64,000 nucleotides of DNA, from the NCBI RefSeq assembly GCF_009914755.1, contig NC_060929.1. One strand, given 5' to 3'. This document shows, one piece after another, positions 50,871-64,000 of the stretch (position 1 is the stretch's first letter; every line of letters starts with the position of its first letter). The translations under genes and the position numbers were made by a program. The notes beneath the pieces are model-generated. The model saw only the letters and a list, made by a program, of their open reading frames with translations. It searched no databases and was not told where the DNA came from. Origin of the DNA: the human T2T-CHM13v2.0 reference genome, Homo sapiens.

Positions 50871-53054
50871 TAGCTGGGATTACAGGCGCGTGCCACCACG
50901 GCCAGCTAATTTTTGTATATTTAGTAGAAATGGGGCTTCACCATGTTGGCCAGGATGGTCTCGATCTCTTGATTCTGTGATCCGCTCGCCTCGGCCTCCG
51001 AAAGTGCTGGAATTAACAGGCGTGAGCCACCACACCTGGCCAACATTTTTTAATTTATTTATATTTATATTTATGTTTGTACTTTATTTTTTTGAGATGG
51101 GGTCTTGCTCTGGCACCCAGGCCGAAGTGCAGTGGCATGATGATAGCTCACTGCAGCCTCAAACTTCTGGGCCCTAGCATTCCTCGTGCCCCAGCCACCT
51201 GAGTAGCTGAGACTTTCAGGAATGTGCCACTACACTTAGCTAATTTTTTTTTCTTCATTTTTTCAGAGATAGGGTCTTGCTTTGTTGTTGCCCAGACTAA
51301 TCTCAAACAACATTTTTTAGTAATTAAACAGTGTTATGTCTGCTATCTTAATCTAAATGCTGGAAAACCTGCTAAGTCAGTTTTGATAGTTAGATGGTCA
51401 GAAATCAACTCTGCTAGTATAAAATTCTAACCTCTTCCCTTTGTGTGAGAAGGTTGAATAAAAAAATTGTGTCTGTTATGTGTCAGACATTAAGTTTTGG
51501 GGCTAAAACGTTGGGTAAGAAATGGTCTCTGCTCTTAAAAAACTTAATATTTGGGAAAAAGTTTGTATTCTTTATTCAGTATGTTTTATCTGACCATAAC
51601 TAATGTAGAATTTGTGAAGCCTTTGATTATTTTAATTTAGCACTTAGATTTTTTTTAAATAGTGAAGCAGTATACTTTCATTTTTTTTACTAAAAGGAAG
51701 TACATATTTAGTCATGTGGAATTTAAAAAAAGTACTGCTACTGTTTCCCTTGAGCTCTTTGGTGGATATTTATTATCAATAGATAATATATTTATTTACA
51801 TTAAAGGAGTGACTTTAGGAGCCAGCTGCCACTTAAATGGAACTGTTTATAGTGTAAATGGGAAACTATAAGCGTATTTGAGGCAAATCTAATGTTGAAA
51901 CTTAACTTCAGTACAAGAGTGTTGAAAATTTGGTTTGACTAACAGCTGTTGCATGTTTCTGAAGTTGACAGTCTCAACTCAAAGTAGAATGTTTGGAAAA
52001 TTAAATGCTAATTGAGACCCTAATTTGCAAAATGATGTAAACTGTTAAAATGTTAAACTAATGACGAAATGATCCACCTGCCTCAGCCTCCCAAGGTGCT
52101 GGGATTACAGGCGTGAGCCACCGTGACCAGCCAACTTTTAAAGTACATTAGTCTAAGACTTAGGATCTAGATTGTTACTGATATGCTCAATACACATGCC
52201 TGAAGGCAAAATACTCCTAGTATGACTGGGAAGCTTCTTCATATTGATCTTAGTGGCTGTAGTTTTGGGGACAATAACAGGCATTGGTGAAATAAATACT
52301 AATTGGGGTAGATATTCAAGAATAATGCAAAGATGGAACTAGATGAGAGTAAATATATCTTCACAAATTGCTTGTTTAGAAATGGATCAACCAGAGTCAA
52401 TCTATTTTGTCTACCCCTGTTTAAAAAAAAACAGCTAAAATTTTTCTTTCTTTTCTGCGGTAGTTAAATCTGTATATATTCTCTGTTTGCCTGTATGTTT
52501 AAGTTTGGGATAATTTTATCTCTTCCCCCGTGAATGAAATGCTGGGATGATCTCATTGCAGGTTTTTTATTCAGAAAGTGTTTTTTGGTAATAGCTTACA
52601 ATAATTGGACTTCTTATGGGACAGGTGCCTTTCTTGGCATTCAAAGGTGTTAATTTTACATGATCACAATTTTGATACAGTAGGAATTATTTTGAGTATA
52701 AACATCTTGTTTGTTAACTTCCCCATTTTATTTTGAAATTTTTTAATTACATGATAGAATGAAGTAGTAAGCATATTTAGAATTTTTAGTCTTGTAGTTT
52801 CTTTTTAAAAGATGCTATACTAAAAGTTTATCTGATTTAGATGGGCCAGAAAATGTGATAGTTTGTCCCCGGATGTCAAAACTATGTTGTTTAAGATTAT
52901 TGCCTTTGAATCTAATATTGCCTCAAATAAGAATGTGCTTGTAACTTTACAACTGGAACACTCTTAATTGGGCTTAATAACTTAAGAAAATTACCAGGTG
53001 CTGTGGCTCACGCCTGTAATCCCAGCACTTTGGGAGGCTGAGGCGGGCAGATCA

Positions 53055-53264
<210 letters not shown>

Positions 53265-53567
53265 TCAAAAACAAAACAAGAAAATTATGGTGGGAAGTAT
53301 GTTGGAAATATATACCTTTGAGGTTCTTACGTCTTGAATATTGGGGATAATGATGAATTCTTCATAATGATTTCCCCCTTTTGTATTCATATGATTGCAA
53401 TACATTTGTATAAAATCTCAACTGGTCTGTATGGGCTCTGTTTGTTTTTATGATGTTTGTTCATGTTTTAAACGACTTGCTGAAATGATCTTGTCTCTGA
53501 GTTGGTTTCAGCTAAATGATTCGGTCTTTTCCCCTGTGTTTGATCCTTCAGGTTTGGACATATTTGA

Positions 53568-53696
<129 letters not shown>

Positions 53697-54876
53697 TAAG
53701 ACATTTTTCTCCTGCATCATCTAATGCTGTCTTTTAGTATGTGGTACTTATCTTTGAGATTCTCCCACTCATCATCTTATGCTTTGTAGGGTTGTTGCAT
53801 AATACTTATTTACATATAAATATCCCCCAATTTTTTATTTGAGACAGAGTCTCGCCCTGTTGTCCAGACTGGAGTGCAGTGGTGCGATCTGGACTGACTG
53901 CAACGTCCACCTCCCCAGTTTAAGTGATTCTTCTGCCCCAGCCTCCTGAGTAGCTGGGACCACAGGTGCCCACAACCATGCCCGGCTAATTTTTGTATTT
54001 TTTTTTTTTTTTTTTTTAAGTAGAGACGGGGTTTCACCATGTTGGCCAGGCTGGTCTCAAACTCCTAACCTCAGGTGATTGATCCGCCTTGGCCTCCCAA
54101 AGTCCTGGGATTACAGGCGTGAGCCACTGCGCCTAGCCCCAAAAAATAATTTTTGAAAGTTAAACTAAGTTATCTAAACTTGTACATTATTGGAAAATAA
54201 CAATTGAAATGTAAAGGTATAGTCATGCATTATTTACTAAGAATGTATTAAAGATTGCTGGAGCTGAGGTGGATGTAAAAAATAAGAATGTATTGAAGAC
54301 AATCCATGACTGTTCCTGTAATACCATACTTTTGTGTTGATGCGCTTTAAAAAATTAGTGTCTTTAGTAGAAATGATGCATGCTTATTGAAAATTAGAAC
54401 ACAGATAAATTATGAAAGTAGTAAAACCACAGAAACAATTTTTCTATATATATAGAAACATGTTTTAATATACTGTCTTAACTTTCTTACTTGATAATCT
54501 GGAGTCATCTTTCAGGGTAATACTTGTATCCCATTAATTTTAGTGGCTACACAGCTTTTTATAGAGATGTAGTGTACTTTAATCTCCTAATGATGGATCT
54601 ATAGATTGCTTCTATTATTTTCTCTTACAATGTCGCTTTATACAAAACTGTCTATTTATGTGGACTTGTTAGAATAATTTCATAGAAGTTTCAAAATGTG
54701 TATTTGCTGGACCAGAACTATTTTTTCCCTTACACCTTGACCAGCTTGCATATTGGATACCACATGATTATCAGGTATAAAATAAAATTTATGAATGTAT
54801 TCAATATGAATATTTTCAATTCATAAAATAAAATTTATGAATGTTTTGACATTGCTCTGACAATGGAATATATCTC

Positions 54877-54895
54877 GTGTGTGTGTGTGTGTGCA

Positions 54896-54926
<31 letters not shown>
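54877..54926. repeat. Compound (TG)n(GA)n microsatellite
   Basis: Read directly from the sequence. Confidence 0.9.
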
Positions 54927-54927
<1 letters not shown>

Positions 54928-55400
54928 TTAAGTCTCAGCTGTCTCCCGGGCTGGAGTGCAGTGGCAAGGTCACAGCTCACTGCAGCCTTGAACTCTTGGG
55001 CTCAGACGATCCTCCCACCTCAGCCTCCTGAGTAGCTGGGACTGAGGTGCAATCCACCACGCCCAGCTAATTTTTTGTAGAGACAGTTTTACCATGTTGC
55101 CCAGGCTGATCTCGAACTCCTGGGCTCAAGCAATTCGCCTGCTTCAGCCTTCCAAAATACTGGGATTACAGGTGTAATTGGGTTTTTTTTTAAGGCTTTA
55201 AAATTTCCAGAACATTTTTTCTCATTTCCTCCTGATCATTACAAAAATCTTTACTGAAAGGTAGGGCATTGTAAGAGAGTTAACTTCATTTTGCAGATAC
55301 ACTCAGAGGGGTTAAAAATTTGCAGGTACATATGCACATGACTATTAAGTGATAAAACAAGTCTCAAAGCTGTTTTTACCCTTTCTTTCTTTTTTTTTGA

Positions 55401-55619
<219 letters not shown>

Positions 55620-55726
55620 TAGTAGGTGGAGTCTCGCTCTGTCACCGAGCCTGGAATGCAGTGGTGAGAGCTCACTGCAGCCTCTGCCTCCCAGGTTCCG
55701 GTGATCCTCCTGCCTCAGCCTCCTGA

Positions 55727-56299
<573 letters not shown>

Positions 56300-57306
56300 C
56301 TAAGATTGCGCCATGGCACTCCAGCCTGAGCAACAGCACAAGACTCTGTCTTAAAAAAAAAAATGTATTTATCTGGAAGACAAATGTCAAATCTTAATAG
56401 TGGTTATCCCTGGATTAGAGCATTTTGGTGTGTTGCTTTCCTGGTAGAATATTGTTTTAATGAAAATGGATCAAAGGAGGACATAGATGGGTGAAAACCA
56501 TGAGGAATTGACTTTGACATTCTTAATTGCATCAGCAGAAATAGTTAAAAAGTACTTCTAAAACCACTTGCATGAACTAGGTGTTTAAGGGGAACCGCTC
56601 ACGCTTATTCTCAGATACATTAATAAAAGGACACTTGAAGTCTATGAAGAAGATAGCTGTTCCAGCCTTACCGCACATTTTCTTCCTGAGTGAAAATAGG
56701 AACTTATGTATTGGTGGCCATCTTGACATGAAACTACAAGATCCTTCCCAACAGTATCATCCTACACTGAAACCTGGAACCAAATCCATTCCCATTCAGC
56801 AAATGTTGATCAAGTGGCATGTAGGGGATACAGAGATGATTGCATACAAAGATGAAAAAGAAAACGTTTCTGCCAGGGCCAGGCGCGGTGACTCACACCT
56901 ACAATTCCAGCACTTTGGGAGGCCAAGGCAGGTAGAATTGCTTGAGTTTGAGTTCGAGACCAGCCTGGGCAACATAGTTGACCTTATCTCTACTTAAATA
57001 AAAATAATCAGCCAGGCATGGTGGCATGTGACTGTAGTTCCAGCTACTTTGGGAAGCTGAGGTGCCATTGCACTCCAGCCTGGTCAGCAAGAGCAAAAAA
57101 AAAAAAAAAAAAAATGTGCACATCAAAGATCATAGCCCCGGCACATCGAAGCTGCAATGAGCTATGATTGCATCACTGCACTCCAGCCTGGGTGACAGAA
57201 TGAGACCCCGTTGCAAAAAAAAAAAAAAAAGTTTGCCAGTATCAGACGTGAAAAATAAACTTAAGATACTTGAAGATGACAAGTAAATCATCTTCCCATT
57301 TTACAG

Positions 57307-57388
57307 ATTTTATGGAAAGAACTCTTCTTATGTCCATGGGGGATTGGATTCAAATGGAAAGCCAGCAGATGCAGTCTACGGACAGAAA
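57307..57388 (+). CDS. G3BP1: G3BP1 exon 3 ([27 protein letters not shown])
   Basis: TTTTACAG acceptor, 82 nt, AAA|GTAAGC donor. Cumulative 177 nt = 59 codons; includes Phe33. Confidence 0.97.
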
Positions 57389-57872
57389 GTAAGCATTTCA
57401 AGCCTTATTTAGGCTGTTAAGCAGGTAGAAAATAACTCATAAAATTGAAGTGGATCATACTTAATAGATTTGCTGATAAAGATCCAGTTTCTCAACTTTT
57501 TAGTAAAAGTTGATGTGTTTTATTACTATTTGATTAATATATTTGTTGAAATACTTATGTGATGTCAGATTTGTTAATTTTGTATGATATATTCTAAAGC
57601 TTTTGTGTGTTGGAAGATAATTGGCTTTAGCATGGGGATCATCTTTTCTAAACTTTGAAAAGTGTGTTAATTCAGGACAGTTATTTAAAAAACTCAAGCG
57701 CGGTCACTGGGAATAGAGTATACAAAGAAACATCAAAATTCAGTCTGCATATCCTGTAATTTAAATATACACATTCTCTTTGTGTTGTGTTGGAAGGTTT
57801 TTTTTAGTTGGAGGTTATTTAAATTTTAAGGCATTCTCAGTTGATTATTATTATTATTATTATTTTTTTAAG

Positions 57873-58046
57873 GAAATCCACAGGAAAGTGATGTCACAAA
57901 ACTTCACCAACTGCCACACCAAGATTCGCCATGTTGATGCTCATGCCACGCTAAATGATGGTGTGGTAGTCCAGGTGATGGGGCTTCTCTCTAACAACAA
58001 CCAGGCTTTGAGGAGATTCATGCAAACGTTTGTCCTTGCTCCTGAG
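57873..58046 (+). CDS. G3BP1: G3BP1 exon 4 ([58 protein letters not shown])
   Basis: Within ORF 57780..58073. AAG acceptor, 174 nt, GAG|GTATGT donor. Confidence 0.97.
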
Positions 58047-60096
58047 GTATGTGTAGGAATGATTATTTTGTAGTGATCCAATACATGAAAAAAGAAACAA
58101 TGAACTGTTGTGCATATCTTTAAAAACACTTGAAATTTCAGACTTACAGAAAACTTGGAATAATAGTACACTAACTCCTATATACTCCTTACCTAGAGCA
58201 GCTGTCACCACTTGCCCACATGTGTATAATTCTTTCTCTAAAATAGTTTAGTGGGCATTTCCTAAGAATAATTCTCTTCCATTCTGTAGTACAGTTATCA
58301 AATTCAGGAAATGTTGATGCAATATAATCTATAATCCATTTTTAAAATTTGGAAATTATCTCAATAATGTCTTAACAGTAATTTTTTTTCCTTGTCCAAC
58401 ATGGAATCTATAATTACACATTGCATTTAGCTATCATGTCTCTAGTCTCTTCTAATCTGCACTTGTTCCTTAATCTTTTGTTTTTTTTTATTGCATTGAC
58501 ATTTTTGAAGAGCACACTTTTTTTGTAGGATGCTTTATGGGTGTCATTCAGTGCTTCACATTAGGCATATTATGTCATTTAGTTGTGATATGAATTTTGA
58601 TTAGTTAGGTTTTGCCACTGTAAAGTTAAATATCTTTTCTCTCTCTCTCTTTTTTTTTGAGACGGAGTCTCACTGTATCGTCCAGGCTGGAGTGCAGTGG
58701 CTCCATCTCTGCCCACTGCAACCTCCGCCTCCTGGTTTCAGGCTGTCCTCCTGACTCAGCCTCCCGAGTAGCTGGGACTATAGGCGTGTGCTACCGTACT
58801 CGGCTGATTTTAGTATTTTTAGTAGTGATGGGGTTTCACCATATTCGTCAGGCTGGTCTCTAACTCCTGACCTCAAGTGATCTGCCTGCCTCAGCCTCCG
58901 AAAGTGGGATTACAGGTGTGAGCCACCATGCCCAGCCTTATTTTTTCTCTTTTTGATTTGTAAATGAAGGATGGGAGATTCTCTATCTTTTTATCTTTCT
59001 TGAACACTTATGGCAAAATATTTTCCAGGTTCATCTTGCACTGTTCCTGGCCCAGTCCCTATTCTTGAATCAGCTGTTCCTTCAAGGAGGCCTGGTTCTT
59101 TTTAGTTATACTTATGAAAGGACGACAAGTTTATGTTGAATGATTGCATTTGTGTTTTCTTCCGGATTGGTCTAGACTGAACAAGGTTAGGAATCCTGTC
59201 TGCTTAAGCATGTATATAGAAATGGCATAGTAAGAAATTGTTGATTAAATCATTGTTTTCTCTAGCATTAATCTTAAGTTTTCTTTTTAGGATAGCAAAC
59301 CTGAAACGCCTAAAATCTTTTAACCTTTGAATATGAGATAACTTTTTGTCTGTGCAAAATTACATGAAGCCAATTATAGTCATAATTTTTAGAGGAAGGC
59401 TTAGATTAAAATGTAAAGATGTGGTAGACTTCTAAATATGCAAAGAATCACATGGAGTATGATTGTGAATTACAGGTTTAATTACAGTTTTTTTCTTTTA
59501 AAGGAAGTATCTAACTTCTTAGTATAATACACTATTATATAAACTGTCTCATTTAATACAGAGAGTATTGAGGTATATGTTGATATCTTTCTTTTTTGTT
59601 TTTTGAGAGAAGAGTCTCCCTGTGTTACCCAGGCTGGAGTGCAGTGGTAGGATCATGACTTACTGCAGCCTTGACTGCCTGGGCTGAAATGATAATCCCA
59701 CCTGAGCCTCCTAAGTAGCTGGGACCACAAGTGCAGGCCACCATTCCTGGCTGATTTTTGTTTCTGCTTTTGTGGAGACTCACTCTACAAAAAACTCACT
59801 GTTGCCCAGGCTAGTCTCAAACTCCTGGGCTTAAGCAGTTCTCCTACCTCAGCTCTCCAAAGTGTTGGGATTTCAGGAGTGAGCCACTGTGCCTAGCTGG
59901 TACCTTTCTTTTTACAGAGGAGTAACAGCCTTAGAAACTGAATAACTCATAATATATAATTGGATCTGCACTCAGGTGTGTCTTATACCTACTGCGAGCA
60001 ATCTTTTTCAGGCTGCACTACCCTTGAGTGTTTATATCAATATTTTTGGAGACAGACTTGGGGAATTTTAAATATCTGCTGAAGTTAGGAATATGA

Positions 60097-60417
<321 letters not shown>

Positions 60418-60546
60418 TGAGGTGTGGGCTGTGGCATTTACATGCTTAGGGCTTTGTCAGTTTTTGGATATTTATCTTGTGGTGAGGTAAAGTGTTCTGA
60501 GCAAACAAAATGTATGTGAGTGTAGTCTTTTTACCGGCTATTGTAG

Positions 60547-61082
60547 AGTGGGCATTTTCAGTCTTGGCACTGTTGACATTTTGGATTAACTAATTCTTTG
60601 TTGTGGGAGCCTGTCCTGTGCATTGTAGGAATTTAGCAGCATCCCTAACCTTATAAGTTGTCAGTAGCATTCCATGTAGTGAATACTGAAATGTCAGCAG
60701 GGCATGCTGGCTCATACCCATAATTCAGAACTTTGGGATGCTGAGGCGGGAGGACCACTTGAGCCCAGGAATTAAAGACCAATCCGGGCAATATAACAAG
60801 ATCCCGTCTCTACTCAAAAAAAAAAAAAAAAAAAAGAAAAAAGAGAAATTAGCCTTGCATGGTGGCGCGCCCCTGTAGTTCTAGCTACTTAGGAGGCTGA
60901 GGCAGGAGGATTGCTTGAGCCTGGAATGTCAAGGCTGCAGTGAGCTGTGGTGGCTCACTGCATTCCCACCTGGCTGACAGCAAGACCCTGTCTCAGAACC
61001 CCACAACAACAAAAACTGAAATGTCTCCAGATATTGCCAGATGTCTCATGGAGGCAGACTTGTCCCAGTCACCAATGGTGTA
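60547..61082 (+). mobile_element. MER20 interrupted by an AluJ-like element (60698-61012)
   Basis: TTGGCACTGTTGACATTTTGG...CTGTCCTGTGCATTGTAGG...AAATGTCTCCAGATATTGCCA; Alu TSD ACTGAAATGTC. Confidence 0.7.
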
Positions 61083-61142
61083 GAGTGATTTGACTTTCTA
61101 AAAGTCTGTTGAATAAATTAAAACTTTCTGTTGGCATTGCAG

Positions 61143-61233
61143 GGGTCTGTTGCAAATAAATTCTATGTTCACAATGATATCTTCAGATACCAAGATGAGG
61201 TCTTTGGTGGGTTTGTCACTGAGCCTCAGGAGG
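61143..61233 (+). CDS. G3BP1: G3BP1 exon 5 ([30 protein letters not shown]), end of the NTF2-like domain
   Basis: TTGCAG acceptor, 91 nt, G|GTAAGT donor. Includes Phe124 and the NDIFRY motif. Confidence 0.97.
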
Positions 61234-62462
61234 GTAAGTAGTGAAATACTTTAAATTACTTGTCTAAATTTTTTTTAATGGCATCCGATTGCCCTTAAGA
61301 GACTATGGGTTTCTTTACTGTTTTCATTACACTCTGTTCTTCATTAATAACTAATTATGGTATATGAAGAGTCTGAGGTTTTACCCTACTTGAAGCTGCT
61401 AACAGGTTAGCTTATATCATGGATGTTAGTAGAAGACATAAGACTCTTAGGTCAGAAGGAGACAGGCTAACTCACAGCGACAGTAGTAGTATTTTTGCCA
61501 CATTTACCAATAGGATGTCATGGAGAAGGCTAGGTGATACTTCTACTGCAGTGGGTTGTGTTAAAGGCATGGGACACTGAGTTTAGGGAACCCAGATCTA
61601 TTACAACAGGCAGTAAACATGACTACTCTTTGTGCTGGAGGGAGATACTCTTTCAAAGCTGTTTGCTATATAAATGTTCTTGAAAGACAGTCTAGAAGAA
61701 AGGGTAGGCATGGAAGATGTGTAGACACAGAGACTTATGGAAAATTTTCTCCAAAATAGTAGAATTGAGTGTTGTTTATATGGCTGAGAGTATATTTATT
61801 TTGTAATACAGTTTTACAGATAAGCAATCATTTGCCTAGTAAAGTGGTAGAGCCTGCATTAGATAACTGCCTAATATAATTTGGCTAATGTCACGTAGCC
61901 AGTAAGGTGACAGAGCCTGCATTAGGCTCCATGCTCTTAAAAACCAAGACACTACAGTAGCCTTAAAGTCTATCCTTAAGGCTGGGCGCGGTGGCTCACG
62001 CCTGTAATTCCAGCACTTTGGGAGGCCCAGGCGGGCAGATCACGAGGTCAGGAGATCGAGGCCATCCTGGCTAACATGGTGAAACCCCATCTCTACTAAA
62101 AATACAAAAAATTAGCCAGGCGTGGTGGCAGGCGCCTTAGTCCTAGCTATTCGGGAGACTGAGGCAGGAGAATGGCGTGAACCCAGGAGGTGGGGCTTTC
62201 AATGAGCCGAGATCGCGCCACTGCACTCTCTAGCCTGGGCGAGAGAGCGAGACTCCGTCTCAAAAAACAAAAAACAAAAAAAAGTCTGTTCTTCAAAGCC
62301 TTAGTTCTGTCCTTAAAGTCAGTGCCATGATTTTACCAAATTGTCCTACTTTGTTTATTTATATATGTTTTTCTTCACTGTTGTTTTGTGAACATTGCGA
62401 AAGTTAATGTATATGTGAATTCAGTAAGTACAAATTACTTTAAATATCTTTTTCTCACTTAG

Positions 62463-62559
62463 AGTCTGAAGAAGAAGTAGAGGAACCTGAAGAAAGACAG
62501 CAAACACCTGAGGTGGTACCTGATGATTCTGGAACTTTCTATGATCAGGCAGTTGTCAG
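62463..62559 (+). CDS. G3BP1: G3BP1 exon 6 (ESEEEVEEPEERQQTPEVVPDDSGTFYDQAVVS), acidic region with Ser149; gene continues beyond the window
   Basis: TTCTCACTTAG acceptor, 97 nt, AG|GTAAGA donor. Codon counting places TCT at residue 149. Confidence 0.96.
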
Positions 62560-63639
62560 GTAAGAAGATTTTGTTCACATGTCCGGGGCTGCATAAGAAC
62601 TTGCATTGTCTAGTCTTTCCCTTTGTTGGAGGGCATTTACATATTCTGAGAATTACCTCAAAATAATAATTTCTCAGAAGAATGGTTTTGTTTCTGGTAA
62701 TTTTGACTAAACAAAAATATGTAACTTGTTTGTTAATAGTAAATTGTACTATGAAGGCAATCTACTATTGCTTAGTTTAAATAGTATCAGTTTCTTTTTG
62801 GTTTAGTTTTTTCTTGGTGTTAAGTGAAAACTTGCATATTGTTTATCAAGAGTTGAATGTATTGAGGTATTAAATGCTTTGAGGGAATATGAAGTGGACA
62901 GAGACCTATTTAATTAGAGATCGGGCATAAATTGATATAAATACCAATATGTGAGTTAAGTAGCAATAAAGAATTTCATTACGTTAGTAAGTGCATCATT
63001 ATACCTTTGGGTTTTTTCCCCCTTGTGATTAGAACAGAAATGTGTTTGATAGCAATAGAAATCCATATTTACTTGTTACCATGTGATACTGAATGTTAAT
63101 ATTCAGTGCCTGAAGGGTGTTTTCAAGTGTTTCTTAAGGTGTGATGAACTAATCAGGTTACTCACTTGGGTTGCTGGTTGAAAATGAAGATTCATGGTCC
63201 CACTGCAAACCTACCGAATTAGACTTTCAGGAGGCAAAACATCTGCAGTTTTGTTTGTTTTTGTTCTATTGAGACAGAGTCTTGCTCTGTTACCCAGGCT
63301 GGAGTGCAGTGGCGCGATCTTGGCTGACTGCAACCTCCGCTTCCTGGATTCAAGCAATCCCCCTGCCTCAGCCTCCTGAGTAGCTGGGACTACAGGCGCA
63401 CGCCACCATGCCCGGCTAAGTTTTGTGTTTTTGTAGAGATGGGGTTTCGCCATATTGGCCAGGCTGGTCTGGAACTCCTAATCTCAGGTGATCTGCCCAC
63501 CTTGGCCTCGCAAAGTGCTGGGATTACAGGTGTGTGCCCAGCCCCCTCTGCAGTTTTAACAGCATTTCTGGTTGATTTATGTGGAATTTTAAGAATTGTA
63601 TTCTGAATCATAACTATTTTCTCCCCCAAATTCCTTATG

Positions 63640-64000
63640 TGCTTGAAAGAGTTTTTGTGTGTTTGTGTTAAAAGCCACATATCATAAAATTTGCCATCTT
63701 AACCTTTTTTTCATCTTAACCATTTTTAAGTGTAAAGTACAGTAGTGTTAACTGTATAGATGTGGTTCTATGACAGATATCTAGGACTTTTCACCTTACA
63801 ACTTTTATTGAAGATAACTTTATATACCTTATAAACAGACTATACCCATTGAATGGCAACTTTCTTTCCCGCCCCCCCCGCCCCAGCCTATTTTGAGAGT
63901 TTTTCTGATGTTGTATGCTAAATGAATTGTAATAGTTGTGGGATTCCAGCCATAAAGTGGTTTGGTTCATTTTGATGTCCTGATTCATTTGCTTATCAGA
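63640..64000 (-). mobile_element. L1M 3' end (antisense), running off the window edge
   Basis: CCATTTTTAAGTGTAAAGTACAGTAGTGTTAACT...TATACCCATTGAA. Confidence 0.5.

Noticed and set aside
61112-61160. AATAAA hexamers just before and inside G3BP1 exon 5 as premature poly(A) signals
   Set aside because: One is dictated by Asn-Lys codons and the other is in AT-rich intron; no supporting evidence of use.

Overview
Primate (almost certainly human) genomic DNA: the ATOX1-G3BP1 locus, which I recall as chr5q33.1. The complete ATOX1 copper-chaperone gene lies on the minus strand (4 exons, ~9790-25600; spliced CDS 6+76+125 = 207 nt = 68 aa plus stop, with the MTCGGC copper motif). About 13 kb away, transcribed divergently, is the 5' half of G3BP1 (non-coding exon 1 and coding exons 2-6: NTF2-like domain and start of the acidic region); it runs off the right edge. 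Each gene starts in a CpG island. Between them is a processed RPLP1 pseudogene whose 18-bp target-site duplications show a 1.5-kb insert, about 1 kb longer than the proximal poly(A) signal predicts. The rest is dense Alu, old L1M/MIR, MaLR LTR and DNA-transposon sequence (MER85, Tigger2, MER58, MER20, MER5). Most ORFs in the supplied track are Alu-derived or GC-rich artefacts. I found no prokaryotic system, CRISPR array or RNA gene, and I cannot claim a new biological system. The most unusual structure is a recurring set of templated-insertion scars: local and distant segments copied with palindromic, shuffled junctions. The clearest is a 183-bp copy of 28481-28663 placed inside the RPLP1 retrocopy and bracketed by ~36-bp inverted repeats. 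Repeat boundaries and subfamily names were assigned by eye and are approximate.
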